This document shows, piece by piece, positions 1-13,200 of a stretch of DNA of 64,000 nucleotides. Location of the stretch: the NCBI RefSeq assembly GCF_056712565.1, contig NZ_CM160072.1; one strand, 5' to 3'. Under the pieces are notes generated by a model. The model saw only the letters and a list, made by a program, of their open reading frames with translations. It was not told the origin of the DNA and did not search any database. Position numbers and translations under genes: made by a program. The first letter of the stretch is position 1, and each line of letters begins with the position of its first letter.

Positions 1-765
1 CGGGCATCGCCGTCCACTTTGGTCAACACTACACCGGTAAGCGGTAACGCTTCATTGAATGCTTTTGCCGTATTGGCCGCATCCTGACCGGTCATGGCAT
101 CGACCACAAACAGGGTTTCAACCGGATTAATCGACGCATGGACTTGTTTGATCTCGTCCATCATCGCTTCGTCAACGTGCAGACGACCGGCAGTATCCAC
201 CAGCAGCACGTCGTAGAATTTCAGTTTGGCTTCTTTCAGCGCCGCGTTAACGATATCTACCGGCTTCTGACCAACATCAGAAGGGAAGAAATCAACGCCC
301 ACCTGCTCTGCCAGCGTCTCAAGCTGTTTGATTGCCGCCGGGCGATAGACGTCGGCAGAAACCACCAGCACTTTCTTCTTGTGCTTCTCGCGCAGGAACT
401 TACCGAGTTTACCAACGCTGGTTGTTTTACCGGCACCTTGCAGGCCCGCCATCAGCACGACCGCAGGCGGTTGCGCAGCCAGGTTCAGGGTCTGGTTCTC
501 TTCGCCCATCGCCGCAACCAGTTCGTTACGGACAATTTTGACGAACTCCTGCCCCGGCGTCAGGCTCTTATTAACTTCATGACCAACCGCTTTCTCTTTT
601 ACGCGATTGATAAACTCACGCACTACCGGCAGAGCGACGTCCGCCTCCAGCAGCGCCATGCGCACTTCGCGCAGCGTATCTTTTACGTTGTCTTCAGTGA
701 GGCGTCCACGGCCACTGATATTGCGCAGCGTGCGCGACAAACGATCGGTTAAATTATCAAACATT
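1..765 (-). CDS. ffh: Signal recognition particle protein Ffh, N-terminal part (gene runs off the window start)
   Basis: Reverse complement of ~690-765 encodes MFDNLTDRLSRTLRNISGRGRLTEDNVKDTL, the Ffh N-terminus; the + strand ORF 138..752 is its antisense shadow. Confidence 0.9.
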
Positions 766-930
766 GTCTCTCGCCTGGGGTGGAAACGGTTGGCCGCAAT
801 CGCGACACATCATCAGTATTTTGCCGCAGTATAACATGAAGGCGTCTTTGTTGTTATGCAACGGTTGGAGCAGCGTTCACCTGACGCTATACTGCTTCTC
901 TTTCTTATTGCTCAAACTGTCGACATTACT

Positions 931-1722
931 ATGCCCGTTTTTGCTCTGCTCGCGCTTGTCGCCTACTCCGTCAGTCTTGCGCTGATTGTTCCCGGTCTGC
1001 TGCAAAAAAACGGCGGCTGGCGGCGCATGGCTATTATTTCTGCGGTCATCGCGCTGGTCTGCCACGCAATCGCTCTGGAAGCCCGCATCCTGCCCGACGG
1101 TGATAGCGGACAAAACCTCAGCCTGCTGAACGTTGGTTCATTGGTCAGTTTGATGATCTGTACGGTAATGACCATTGTGGCTTCTCGCAATCGTGGCTGG
1201 TTGTTGCTACCCATTGTCTATGCCTTTGCGCTTATCAACCTGGCGCTGGCGACCTTCATGCCCAATGAATACATCACCCATCTGGAAGCAACGCCGGGGA
1301 TGCTGGTGCACATTGGCTTATCGCTTTTTTCCTATGCCACGCTAATTATCGCTGCCCTGTACGCGCTGCAACTGGCGTGGATTGATTACCAACTGAAGAA
1401 CAAGAAGCTGGCGTTTAACCAGGAAATGCCTCCATTGATGAGTATCGAGCGTAAAATGTTCCATATCACGCAGATTGGCGTGGTGCTGCTAACGCTCACT
1501 CTTTGCACTGGCCTGTTCTACATGCACAACTTATTTAGCATGGAAAATATCGACAAGGCCGTGCTCTCTATCGTGGCGTGGTTTGTCTATATTGTGCTGC
1601 TGTGGGGACATTATCATGAAGGATGGCGTGGACGCCGCGTCGTCTGGTTTAACGTTGCGGGTGCAGTCATTCTGACACTGGCCTACTTCGGCAGCCGAAT
1701 TGTCCAGCAGTTAATCAGCTAA
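931..1722 (+). CDS. ypjD: Inner membrane protein YpjD (cytochrome c assembly family)
   Basis: ORF 856..1722; start taken at internal MPVFALLALVAYSV to give the 263-aa product I recall for YpjD; multi-TM hydrophobic sequence. Confidence 0.85.
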   Translation: MPVFALLALVAYSVSLALIVPGLLQKNGGWRRMAIISAVIALVCHAIALEARILPDGDSGQNLSLLNVGSLVSLMICTVMTIVASRNRGWLLLPIVYAFALINLALATFMPNEYITHLEATPGMLVHIGLSLFSYATLIIAALYALQLAWIDYQLKNKKLAFNQEMPPLMSIERKMFHITQIGVVLLTLTLCTGLFYMHNLFSMENIDKAVLSIVAWFVYIVLLWGHYHEGWRGRRVVWFNVAGAVILTLAYFGSRIVQQLIS

Positions 1723-1766
1723 CCCCAGAAAAGGAGTTTCCCCTGGAACACATTTCTACTACTACG

Positions 1767-3029
1767 TTGATCATTATTCTGATCATCATGGTGGTCATTT
1801 CAGCCTATTTTTCCGGTTCAGAAACTGGAATGATGACACTCAACCGCTATCGCCTGAGACACATGGCGAAGCAAGGTAATCGCTCGGCAAAACGCGTCGA
1901 AAAATTACTGCGCAAGCCAGACCGCCTGATAAGCCTGGTGTTAATCGGCAATAATCTGGTCAATATCCTTGCTTCCGCACTCGGCACTATTGTCGGGATG
2001 CGCTTGTATGGCGATGCTGGCGTGGCAATTGCGACTGGCGTGCTGACCTTCGTAGTGCTGGTTTTTGCTGAAGTATTGCCGAAAACCATTGCCGCGCTGT
2101 ACCCGGAAAAAGTCGCTTATCCGAGTAGTTTTCTACTGGCTCCGCTGCAAATTTTGATGATGCCGCTGGTCTGGTTGCTGAATGCTATTACCCGCATGTT
2201 AATGCGCATGATGGGCATCAAAACCGATATCGTGGTTAGCGGCTCTTTAAGCAAAGAAGAGTTGCGTACCATCGTGCACGAATCACGCTCACAAATTTCC
2301 CGTCGCAATCAGGATATGCTGCTGTCGGTGCTCGATCTGGAAAAGATGACCGTCGATGACATCATGGTGCCGCGCAGTGAAATTATCGGTATTGATATCA
2401 ACGATGACTGGAAATCGATTCTGCGCCAACTCTCCCACTCACCTCACGGGCGCATCGTGCTCTACCGTGATTCGCTGGACGACGCCATCAGTATGCTGCG
2501 TGTGCGTGAAGCCTGGCGACTCATGTCGGAGAAAAAAGAGTTCACCAAAGAAACCATGCTACGCGCCGCGGACGAGATCTATTTTGTCCCGGAGGGTACG
2601 CCGCTCAGCACACAGTTGGTGAAGTTTCAGCGCAACAAAAAGAAAGTCGGCCTGGTCGTCAACGAGTATGGAGACATTCAGGGACTGGTGACGGTCGAAG
2701 ATATTCTCGAAGAGATTGTCGGCGATTTCACCACGTCGATGTCGCCAACACTTGCCGAAGAGGTCACGCCGCAAAACGACGGGTCGGTGATTATCGATGG
2801 CACCGCCAACGTGCGAGAAATTAACAAAGCCTTTAACTGGCATCTACCGGAAGATGATGCTCGTACTGTTAACGGCGTCATTCTGGAAGCGCTGGAGGAG
2901 ATCCCGGTAGCAGGCACCCGCGTGCGTATAGGCGAGTACGATATCGATATTCTCGACGTACAGGACAATATGATTAAGCAGGTAAAAGTTTTTCCTGTAA
3001 AACCGCTGCGCGAGAGTGTGGCGGAGTAA
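1767..3029 (+). CDS. yfjD: CNNM/CorB-family transporter YfjD (DUF21 + CBS + CorC_HlyC)
   Basis: 420-aa ORF with N-terminal TM region and C-terminal CBS/CorC-like part; conserved position between ypjD and grpE. True start may lie upstream. Confidence 0.85.
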   Translation: MIIILIIMVVISAYFSGSETGMMTLNRYRLRHMAKQGNRSAKRVEKLLRKPDRLISLVLIGNNLVNILASALGTIVGMRLYGDAGVAIATGVLTFVVLVFAEVLPKTIAALYPEKVAYPSSFLLAPLQILMMPLVWLLNAITRMLMRMMGIKTDIVVSGSLSKEELRTIVHESRSQISRRNQDMLLSVLDLEKMTVDDIMVPRSEIIGIDINDDWKSILRQLSHSPHGRIVLYRDSLDDAISMLRVREAWRLMSEKKEFTKETMLRAADEIYFVPEGTPLSTQLVKFQRNKKKVGLVVNEYGDIQGLVTVEDILEEIVGDFTTSMSPTLAEEVTPQNDGSVIIDGTANVREINKAFNWHLPEDDARTVNGVILEALEEIPVAGTRVRIGEYDIDILDVQDNMIKQVKVFPVKPLRESVAE

Positions 3030-3033
3030 CGAA

Positions 3034-3061
3034 AACGGCCCGGCATTCGCATGCTGGGCCG
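3034..3061. terminator. Hairpin between convergent yfjD and grpE
   Basis: acggccc...gggccgt inverted repeat followed by T-rich run. Confidence 0.3.
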
Positions 3062-3083
3062 TGATTTATTACGAAAGCAGAAA

Positions 3084-3710
<627 letters not shown>

Positions 3711-3799
3711 CTAACTTCGCTTATTATGGGGATCAGTTTCAGGGTTTCAAGGGAAGCACTCACATTGTCATCAATCTTCGCAACAAGGACCTCGGAAAA

Positions 3800-4678
3800 A
3801 TGAATAATCATTTCAAGTGTATTGGCATTGTGGGACACCCACGGCACCCCACTGCACTGACAACACATGAAATGCTCTACCGCTGGCTGTGCACAAAAGG
3901 TTACGAGGTCATCGTTGAGCAACAAATCGCTCACGAACTGCAACTGAAGAATGTGAAAACTGGCACGCTCGCGGAGATTGGGCAACAGGCTGATCTCGCG
4001 GTTGTCGTTGGCGGCGACGGTAATATGCTGGGCGCGGCGCGCACGCTCGCGCGCTATGATATTAAAGTTATTGGAATCAACCGTGGCAACCTGGGTTTCC
4101 TGACTGACCTTGATCCCGATAACGCCCAGCAACAATTAGCCGATGTGCTGGAAGGCCACTACATCAGCGAGAAACGTTTTTTGCTGGAAGCGCAAGTCTG
4201 TCAGCAAGATTGCCAGAAACGCATCAGCACGGCGATTAACGAAGTGGTACTTCACCCTGGCAAAGTGGCGCATATGATTGAGTTCGAAGTGTATATCGAC
4301 GAGATCTTTGCGTTTTCGCAGCGTTCCGATGGACTGATTATTTCGACGCCAACAGGCTCCACCGCATATTCCCTCTCTGCGGGCGGTCCTATTCTGACAC
4401 CCTCTCTGGATGCGATTACCCTGGTGCCCATGTTCCCGCATACGTTGTCAGCACGACCACTGGTCATAAACAGCAGCAGCACGATCCGTCTACGTTTTTC
4501 GCATCGCCGTAACGACCTGGAAATCAGTTGCGACAGCCAGATAGCACTGCCGATTCAGGAAGGTGAAGATGTCCTGATTCGTCGCTGTGATTACCATCTG
4601 AATCTGATTCATCCGAAAGATTACAGTTATTTCAATACATTAAGCACCAAGCTCGGCTGGTCAAAAAAATTATTCTAA
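3800..4678 (+). CDS. nadK: NAD kinase
   Basis: 292 aa, [17 protein letters not shown]...[11 protein letters not shown] motif. Confidence 0.95.
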
Positions 4679-4763
4679 TTTTACGCCAGCCTCTTTACTG
4701 TATATAAAACCAGTTTATACTGTACACAATAACAGTAATGGTTTTTCATACAGGAAAACAACT

Positions 4764-6425
4764 ATGTTGGCACAACTGACCATCAGCAACTTTGCTATCG
4801 TTCGTGAGCTTGAGATTGATTTTCATAGCGGCATGACCGTAATAACTGGCGAGACCGGCGCGGGTAAATCTATTGCAATAGATGCCCTCGGCCTTTGTCT
4901 CGGTGGTCGCGCTGAAGCCGACATGGTGCGTACCGGCGCTGCTCGTGCCGACCTGTGCGCCCGTTTTTCTCTGAAAGATACGCCAGCGGCCCTGCGTTGG
5001 CTGGAAGAAAACCAGCTTGAAGACGGGCATGAATGTTTGCTTCGTCGCGTAATCAGCAGCGATGGTCGCTCCCGTGGTTTCATCAACGGTACAGCTGTTC
5101 CTCTGTCACAACTGCGCGAACTGGGTCAGTTGCTGATTCAGATCCATGGTCAGCACGCTCATCAGTTACTCACCAAACCCGAGCACCAAAAATTCCTGCT
5201 TGATGGCTATGCCAATGAAACCTCTCAGCTCCAGGAAATGACCGCACGTTATCAGTTGTGGCATCAAAGCTGCCGTGACCTCGCGCATCATCAGCAGTTA
5301 AGTCAGGAACGCGCCGCCCGTGCGGAGCTGCTGCAATACCAATTAAAAGAACTTAACGAATTTAATCCGCAGCCTGGAGAGTTTGAGCAAATCGACGAAG
5401 AGTACAAACGTCTGGCGAACAGCGGTCAATTGCTGACCACCAGCCAGAATGCATTGGCATTAATGGCTGACGGTGAAGACGCAAATCTGCAAAGTCAACT
5501 TTACACGGCTAAACAACTGGTGAGCGAATTGATTGGCATGGACAGCAAACTGTCCGGCGTACTTGATATGCTGGAAGAGGCTACCATCCAGATTGCTGAA
5601 GCCAGTGATGAACTACGCCACTACTGCGATCGTCTGGATCTCGATCCCAACCGACTGTTTGAACTTGAACAGCGCATCTCAAAACAGATTTCGCTGGCAC
5701 GTAAACATCACGTCAGCCCTGAGGCATTGCCACAGTATTACCAGTCGCTACTGGAAGAACAGCAGCAACTGGACGATCAGGCCGACTCACAAGAAACGCT
5801 CGCGCTGGCGGTAACGAAACATCATCAGCAGGCACTGGAAACGGCGCGCGCGTTACACCAGCAACGCCAGCATTATGCAAATGAGTTGGCACAGCTGATC
5901 ACCGATAGTATGCATGCACTCTCTATGCCACATGGGCAGTTTACGATCGATGTTAAATTTGACGAGCATCACCTGGGCGCTGACGGCGCTGATCGTATTG
6001 AGTTTCGGGTAACCACCAACCCAGGTCAGCCAATGCAGCCTATTGCCAAAGTCGCATCCGGTGGTGAGTTGTCCCGCATCGCATTGGCAATCCAGGTCAT
6101 TACCGCGCGTAAAATGGAAACCCCGGCACTGATTTTTGATGAAGTGGATGTAGGGATTAGCGGCCCAACAGCGGCAGTTGTCGGCAAACTGCTACGTCAA
6201 CTTGGCGAATCAACTCAGGTGATGTGTGTTACCCACCTGCCACAAGTCGCGGGATGTGGTCATCAACACTATTTTGTCAGCAAAGAAACCGATGGTGCGA
6301 TGACAGAAACGCATATGCAATCCCTGGATAAAAAAGCGCGGTTACAAGAGTTGGCGCGCCTGCTTGGTGGCAGTGAAGTCACACGTAACACACTGGCGAA
6401 TGCGAAAGAACTGCTTGCGGCGTAA
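4764..6425 (+). CDS. recN: DNA repair protein RecN
   Basis: 553 aa, [37 protein letters not shown] Walker A, coiled-coil middle, SMC-like C-terminus. Confidence 0.95.
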   Translation: MLAQLTISNFAIVRELEIDFHSGMTVITGETGAGKSIAIDALGLCLGGRAEADMVRTGAARADLCARFSLKDTPAALRWLEENQLEDGHECLLRRVISSDGRSRGFINGTAVPLSQLRELGQLLIQIHGQHAHQLLTKPEHQKFLLDGYANETSQLQEMTARYQLWHQSCRDLAHHQQLSQERAARAELLQYQLKELNEFNPQPGEFEQIDEEYKRLANSGQLLTTSQNALALMADGEDANLQSQLYTAKQLVSELIGMDSKLSGVLDMLEEATIQIAEASDELRHYCDRLDLDPNRLFELEQRISKQISLARKHHVSPEALPQYYQSLLEEQQQLDDQADSQETLALAVTKHHQQALETARALHQQRQHYANELAQLITDSMHALSMPHGQFTIDVKFDEHHLGADGADRIEFRVTTNPGQPMQPIAKVASGGELSRIALAIQVITARKMETPALIFDEVDVGISGPTAAVVGKLLRQLGESTQVMCVTHLPQVAGCGHQHYFVSKETDGAMTETHMQSLDKKARLQELARLLGGSEVTRNTLANAKELLAA

Positions 6426-6573
6426 ACTTTTTTCCTGCTTCACGGTCAGAGTAAACAGCAAAACGCCGTAAGACCGGAAAGCAAAAGGTTTTAAAGTGAT
6501 GAAAGGTCTATTATCATCGGCATATTACAGATGAGCCACGTACTGCTCGGGCCCGAAAAGGAATCAAATCACT

Positions 6574-6915
6574 ATGCGCTGTAAAACGCTGACTGCTGCA
6601 GCAGCAGTACTATTGATGTTGACCGCAGGCTGTTCCACTCTGGAGCGAGTGGTTTACCGTCCTGACATCAACCAGGGGAACTATCTGACCGCTAACGACG
6701 TATCCAAAATACGTGTTGGCATGACGCAACAACAAGTTGCGTACGCATTGGGTACACCGCTGATGTCCGATCCATTTGGTACAAATACCTGGTTCTATGT
6801 CTTCCGCCAGCAACCTGGTCATGAAGGTGTAACGCAGCAAACGCTGACGCTGACCTTTAACAGTAGCGGTGTGTTGACCAACATTGATAACAAACCTGCG
6901 CTGAGTGGTAACTAA
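6574..6915 (+). CDS. bamE: Outer membrane protein assembly factor BamE (SmpA)
   Basis: 113 aa with lipoprotein signal ([11 protein letters not shown]). Confidence 0.9.
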
Positions 6916-6940
6916 TAATAAAGTTGCTCTCAAAGACGTT

Positions 6941-6970
6941 AAAAAAGGTGCTCAATGAGCACCTTTTTTC
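6941..6970. terminator. Bidirectional rho-independent terminator between bamE and ratB
   Basis: aaaaaaggtgctcaatgagcaccttttttc: perfect hairpin flanked by A-run and T-run. Confidence 0.6.
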
Positions 6971-6976
6971 TGTCTG

Positions 6977-7264
6977 TTATTTATTCGCTGATTTTTCTGC
7001 TCGTTGCCTGCGAAGCTCTTTCGGATCGGCAATGAGAGGACGATAAATCTCCACCCGATCGCCATCATGCACAATATCGCTGAGTTTTGCCGGACGGCTG
7101 TAAATGCCGACTTTGTTTTTAGTTAAATCGATATCGGTACGCAATTCCAGCAAACCACTGGCGCGAATAGCTTCTTCAACCGTCGCGCCCTCCTGCAACG
7201 TCACGCGCTGCAGGTACTGCTTCTCAGGTAGCGCATAAGCCACCTCAACGGCAATTTTACCTGG
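6977..7264 (-). CDS. ratB: RatB (YfjF, UPF0125)
   Basis: Translation (V)[26 protein letters not shown]...; probable GTG start, the ORF track extends further upstream. Confidence 0.8.
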
Positions 7265-7733
7265 CACTGTAGACCTCTTTTGCACGAACAGTAAAAGCCT
7301 GCACCATATTAGCTGCCAGCTCTTTAAACACACGACCAAAGGCGAGTTCAATCAACTTATTGGTAAACTCAAAGTCGAGATGAAACTCAATACGGCACGC
7401 GTCCTGGCTCAACGGCGTAAACTTCCAACCGCCGATCAATTTCTTAAACGGTCCATCAACCAGACTCATGAGAATACTTTGATTACTGGTCAACTGGTTG
7501 CGGGTTGTAAACGTTTTGCTGATCCCAGCCTTAGACACATCTACCGCAGCAGTCATCTGCCCAGGAGTGGACTCCAGAATCCGACTTCCGGTACAACCCG
7601 GCAAAAACTGAGGATAAGACTGAACGTCATTCACTAACTGATACATTTGCTCCGCGCTGTAGGGCACCAGTGCGGTCCGGCTAATCTGAGGCATAACAAT
7701 TTCCATCAACAAAAATCCAACAAATAATATCAT
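7257..7733 (-). CDS. ratA: Ribosome association toxin RatA (YfjG, SRPBCC family)
   Basis: 158-aa [50 protein letters not shown]... Confidence 0.9.
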
Positions 7734-7864
7734 TTATCCTGCTGTAAAAAAAACGCTATCCCGGCGCTGGGTAACATCGGGTTCATGCTAAGATAGAGCC
7801 TTGTCCCCCGCAGGATTGATATGGGGTGTTTTCGATTTCAGATTACCGATGATTCACGACGCTT

Positions 7865-8347
7865 ATGACGAAGAAAAAAGCACATAAACCTGGTTCAGCG
7901 ACCATCGCGCTTAACAAGCGCGCCCGTCACGAATACTTTATCGAAGAAGAGTTCGAAGCGGGACTTGCCCTGCAAGGCTGGGAGGTTAAATCCCTGCGCG
8001 CAGGAAAAGCCAATATCAGCGACAGCTATGTCCTTCTGCGCGACGGAGAGGCATTTCTGTTTGGCGCTAACATCACGCCAATGGCTGTGGCCTCCACGCA
8101 TGTGGTGTGCGATCCTACCCGTACCCGCAAGTTACTTCTCAACCAGCGCGAACTGGACTCATTGTACGGTCGCGTCAATCGAGAAGGCTATACCGTAGTG
8201 GCGCTCTCCCTGTACTGGAAAAATGCCTGGTGCAAAGTGAAAATCGGCGTCGCCAAAGGTAAGAAACAGCACGATAAACGTTCAGATATCAAAGAACGCG
8301 AATGGCAGGTGGATAAAGCGCGTATCATGAAAAATGCCCACCGTTAA
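7865..8347 (+). CDS. smpB: SsrA-binding protein SmpB
   Basis: 160 aa, [51 protein letters not shown]... Confidence 0.95.
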
Positions 8348-8561
8348 ACCTATATAAGCGATACTAATCAAATCCTCACCGCGCCTCCCTATCCGGTGGC
8401 GCGAATGAACATCTTATCGACTGTCAAATCTGACACAGATGTAGCCATCCCATTGCTTAATCGAAAAAAAATCATACTATGCAGGCGCTAATTCCAGGAT
8501 GATAACGCCTTTTGGGCTAGTCATGCTGCTCATAAATCTGGTATACTTACCGTTACACATT

Positions 8562-8924
8562 GGGGCTGATTCTGGATTCGACGGGATTTGCGAAACCCAA
8601 GGTGCATGCCGAGGGGCGGTTGGCCTCGTAAAAAGCCGCAAAAAATAGTCGCAAACGACGAAAACTACGCTTTAGCAGCTTAATAACCTGCTTAGAGCCC
8701 TCTCTCCCTAGCCTCCGCTCTTAGGACGGGGATCAAGAGAGGTCAAACCCAAAAGAGATCGCGTGGAAGCCCTGCCTGGGGTTGAAGCGTTAAAACTTAA
8801 TCAGGCTAGTTTGTTAGTGGCGTGTCCGTCCGCAGCTGGCAAGCGAATGTAAAGACTGACTAAGCATGTAGTACCGAGGATGTAGGAATTTCGGACGCGG
8901 GTTCAACTCCCGCCAGCTCCACCA
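8562..8924 (+). ncRNA. ssrA: tmRNA (SsrA, 10Sa RNA)
   Basis: Begins GGGGCTGATTCTGGATTCGACGGGATTTGCGAAACCCAAGGTGCATGCC, contains tag-peptide coding region, ends ...GGTTCAACTCCCGCCAGCTCCACCA; 363 nt. Confidence 0.95.
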
Positions 8925-9085
8925 ATCATGATTGGACGGTGTAAGGACAACACCAACAAAAACAGGAAGTTAGAAGTCTCAGCAGGACACCGACCAGACG
9001 GTGAGGAGACATAAAAGGATACGCAAAGGAGCCGCGGCTCCGAAGTGAAATGAAAGCCCGCTGATGCGGGCTTTTTTGCTTCTTC
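8898..9085 (+). repeat. attL: ssrA 3' core (cgggttcaactcccgccagc) plus ~170 bp similar to the attR copy
   Basis: Near-identical to 53357..53540 by direct comparison, including the terminator hairpin aaagcccgctgatgcgggctttttt. Confidence 0.7.
9055..9077 (+). terminator. Rho-independent terminator downstream of ssrA
   Basis: agcccgctgatgcgggct hairpin followed by TTTTTT. Confidence 0.6.
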
Positions 9086-9452
9086 TCTTTAGCCTGATTC
9101 GACACTCTCAATGCGGCCATAAACAACAACCCACTTTTCTTATACCGTAGCCTGTCCCCCTCTTCCTGCTTTCTAACCATAACAGATGTGAGCGTTTGCT
9201 ATGAGCGATATATAGTCATTCGTACCCTCCGATACTAATCATCACAGAAATTAATATATTCATTCCTTACTGAAAAGCTATGAAGTAGATATATAGGATT
9301 GGGGCGCGTATGGCACTGGACAGTTATGCATCTCCGAATATTATTCCGGAGCTAAGACAACTAGACTGGCCCCCTGAATCTCCAGACAACCAATATCACT
9401 TATTTAAGTGATAGTCTTAATACTAGTTTTTAGACTAGTCATTGGAGAGCAG

Positions 9453-9818
9453 ATGATTGATGTCTTAGGACCGGAGAAACGCAGACGGCGTACCACACAG
9501 GAAAAGATCGCAATTGTTCAGCAGAGCTTTGAACCAGGGATGACGGTCTCCCTCGTTGCCCGGCAACATGGTGTAGCAGCCAGCCAGTTATTTCTCTGGC
9601 GTAAGCAATACCAGGAAGGAAGTCTTACTGCTGTCGCCGCCGGAGAACAGGTTGTTCCTGCCTCTGAACTTGCTGCCGCCATGAAGCAGATTAAAGAACT
9701 CCAGCGCCTGCTCGGCAAGAAAACGATGGAAAATGAACTCCTCAAAGAAGCCGTTGAATATGGACGGGCAAAAAAGTGGATAGCGCACGCGCCCTTATTG
9801 CCCGGGGATGGGGAGTAA
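9453..9818 (+). CDS. insC: IS2 transposase OrfA (InsC)
   Basis: [56 protein letters not shown]... Confidence 0.85.
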
Positions 9819-10681
9819 GCTTAGTCAGCCGTTGTCTCCGGGTGTCGCGTGCGCAGTTGCACGTCATTCTCAGACGAACCGATGACTGGATGGATGGCCG
9901 CCGCAGTCGTCACACTGATGATACGGATGTGCTTCTCCGTATACACCATGTTATCGGAGAGCTGCCCACGTATGGTTATCGTCGGGTATGGGCGCTGCTT
10001 CGCAGACAGGCAGAACTTGATGGTATGCCTGCGATCAATGCCAAACGTGTTTACCGGATCATGCGCCAGAATGCGCTGTTGCTTGAGCGAAAACCTGCTG
10101 TACCGCCATCGAAACGGGCACATACAGGCAGAGTGGCTGTGAAAGAAAGTAATCAGCGATGGTGCTCTGACGGGTTCGAGTTCCGCTGTGATAACGGAGA
10201 AAAACTGCGAGTCACGTTCGCGCTGGACTGCTGTGACCGTGAGGCACTGCACTGGGCGGTCACTACGGGCGGCTTCAACAGTGAAACAGTACAGGACGTC
10301 ATGCTGGGAGCGGTGGAACGCCGCTTCGGCAACGAGCTTCCGGCGTCTCCAGTAGAGTGGCTGACGGATAATGGTTCATGCTACCGGGCTAATGAAACAC
10401 GGCAGTTTGCCCGGATGTTGGGGCTTGAACCGAAGAGCACGGCGGTGCGGAGTCCGGAGAGTAACGGCATAGCAGAGAGCTTCGTGAAAACGATAAAGCG
10501 TGACTACATCAGTGTCATGCCCAAACCAGACGGGTTAACGGCAGCAAAGAACCTTGCAGAGGCGTTCGAGCATTATAACGAATGGCATCCGCATAGTGCA
10601 CTGGGTTATCGCTCGCCACGGGAATATCTACGGCAGCAAGCCAGTAATGGGTTAAGTGATAACAGGTGTCTGGAAATATAG
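9776..10681 (+). CDS. insD: IS2 transposase OrfB (InsD), DDE integrase-like catalytic domain
   Basis: 301 aa overlapping orfA in another frame (frameshift fusion arrangement typical of IS3 family). Confidence 0.9.
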
Positions 10682-10839
10682 GGGCAAATCCAACAACCGA
10701 ATGCCGCAGCAGGTAAGATCACGCTAGGGGGGCTGGACAGAATGGCTGTTACGCCCAGTGTGAAGAAAAGAAGGCTAAGTATGGTAGAATTTCCATACGC
10801 ACAGACCTTGTTATCCGACTATACAGCCTGGAAGGCACT

Positions 10840-11628
10840 ATGACAAATCTACAACTGGAAGAAAGATTTAGGGCGCTTGAGAAAGATTACGATGCGCTCA
10901 TTTCCACAAAATATACTGCGCAGAACGTTCTCACTCACACTATGGAAACCTATGTTGATTCTGGTAAATATAAAAACTGGATCGCCAGAGTGAAAAAGTT
11001 AATAGAGGACAGCTACGGAAAAGAGTCTGATTATTACAATGACTTCAATACTGTAAACAGCAGGTGGTCTTCTAATTACAATACACTGATCAAAAGTTAT
11101 AAACCGTTGTTTGATGCGGCGAGAGATGATCTTGCGCACTCTGCTGTCAGTACTAATACTCCTCAAGAAGGTTCGCCGCTGAGCCTCGTACTTAATATTC
11201 TTAACAGGTTTCCGACCTTTGTTCGCCAGTTAAAGAGGCGGTACAACGGCCGTGCGCCGCTTGAAGTTAATGATGAGTATGACGTACAGGATTTGATTTA
11301 TGCACTGCTGACGCTTCATTTTAATGATATTAGGGCGGAAGAGTATACCCCCAGCTTTGCGGGCGCGGCCTCAAGACAGGACTTTCTTTTGAAAAAAGAG
11401 AAAATTGTGATAGAGGTGAAGAAAACCCGTGAATCTCTGGGAGCGGGTAAAGTTGGTGGAGAGTTGCTTATTGATATGGCGCGCTACCGCGCTCACCAAG
11501 ACTGCGATACGTTGATCTTGTTTGTATATGACCCGGATTGCTACATAAATAATCCTTTGGGCGTGAAAACCGATCTGGAATCTAAAGACGCGGAAGGAAA
11601 AGTGAAGGTTGTTATTGCGCAGTTCTGA
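10840..11628 (+). CDS. Hypothetical protein, helical N-terminus and possible PD-(D/E)xK nuclease-like C-terminus; defence candidate
   Basis: 262-aa ORF; C-terminal D...(D/E)xK-like motifs (DVQDLIYALL ... KEKIVIEVKKTRE); no family recognised; lies in the accessory islet. Confidence 0.5.
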   Translation: MTNLQLEERFRALEKDYDALISTKYTAQNVLTHTMETYVDSGKYKNWIARVKKLIEDSYGKESDYYNDFNTVNSRWSSNYNTLIKSYKPLFDAARDDLAHSAVSTNTPQEGSPLSLVLNILNRFPTFVRQLKRRYNGRAPLEVNDEYDVQDLIYALLTLHFNDIRAEEYTPSFAGAASRQDFLLKKEKIVIEVKKTRESLGAGKVGGELLIDMARYRAHQDCDTLILFVYDPDCYINNPLGVKTDLESKDAEGKVKVVIAQF

Positions 11629-11663
11629 CACGCTTAAGTGTCACCTTACAGGATTAGGTTTGC

Positions 11664-11709
11664 GGCCGTGCCAGCAGGACGAGCATGAAAAAGGCCGCTG
11701 GCACGGCCG
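11664..11709. terminator. Long hairpin between convergent ORFs
   Basis: cggccgtgccagc ... gctggcacggccg, 13-bp perfect inverted repeat. Confidence 0.4.
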
Positions 11710-11715
11710 GATTTG

Positions 11716-12009
11716 TCATCTTTGCCAGGTCAAATCAAAATCTACGTGAAAATCCGCAGGCTTAAGCTCGCAACTGCCACCACGCCCAATTAACGACGTT
11801 ATGTTTACAACGTTTGAACCTGTTGAGATGGCAAGTTGAGTGTCATCTGTAAACGTGATGATTAGCATTTCAGTCTGATGAACCTGTACTCCAGTTTTCT
11901 GAAAACCAATCTGGACAGATTTCACCGTTTTCCCAACCATTTCACGGGCTTGATTGATAGAGTAATTAGCTTCAACTTGTAGGTCATTCCTGAACTTGGG
12001 TAGTGTCAT
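11716..12009 (-). CDS. Small hypothetical protein (97 aa), downstream partner of the GIY-YIG gene
   Basis: ORF co-oriented with and downstream of 12220..13026; no recognisable motif. Confidence 0.45.
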   Translation of the reverse strand: MTLPKFRNDLQVEANYSINQAREMVGKTVKSVQIGFQKTGVQVHQTEMLIITFTDDTQLAISTGSNVVNITSLIGRGGSCELKPADFHVDFDLTWQR

Positions 12010-12219
12010 TTTACATCCTCTTTAGTGAAGTTTTCGCTATTTAAATCAGCAGCATTCCTTTTAAATCACTGGCATGTCAGCAGTGGATAGTCTGAGTGTA
12101 ACGTCCAGTGAGGGGAATAAATATTGGTCAGACTTTGCACAAAAGAGCCAACTATCGCGGGCTCTCTCTCATCATGTGCGAAAATTGACCACAATATGAA
12201 ATCCAGTTCCATTCCGAAA

Positions 12220-13044
<825 letters not shown>

Positions 13045-13152
13045 TCAATTGACAACTTATAATCCCTACTAGTTAGCATTATGATTTCCAGAGTGAGGAA
13101 TATAAAAATCTCTGTTTCTGGCACATAACAGCCCTTAAGATCGTAGCTCGCC

Positions 13153-13200
13153 ATCATGGGGTGTCGGGGGGCGGAGGTTCAAATCCTCTCGTGCCGACCA
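13153..13200 (+). other. Truncated tRNA 3' fragment (T-arm, acceptor, CCA), tRNA-Pro-like
   Basis: catggggtgtcggggggcggaggttcaaatcctctcgtgccgacca resembles the 3' half of tRNA-Pro as recalled; no matching 5' half upstream; followed by hairpin + T-run at 13215-13240. Confidence 0.55.

Larger units (their letters stand above)
9362..10692 (+). mobile_element. IS2 insertion sequence (IS3 family), complete, with 5-bp target site duplication ACAAC
   Basis: Starts TAGACTGGCCCCCTGAATCTCCAGACAACCAATATCACTTA, ends ...GGGGCAAATCCA; 1331 bp; ACAAC at 9357-9361 and 10693-10697. Confidence 0.9.

Noticed and set aside
138-752. 204-aa ORF on the + strand at the window start
   Set aside because: It is the antisense shadow of ffh; the reverse strand gives the well-conserved Ffh N-terminus.
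8926-9180. Reverse-strand ORFs 8926..9180 and 53380..53562 with similar peptides
   Set aside because: They arise because the two att-flanking repeats are nearly identical; they span the ssrA terminator and are not credible genes.
9849-10252. ORFs 9849..10142 (+) and 9821..10252 (-) inside IS2
   Set aside because: They overlap insD in other frames or strands; IS2 coding capacity is accounted for by insC and insD.
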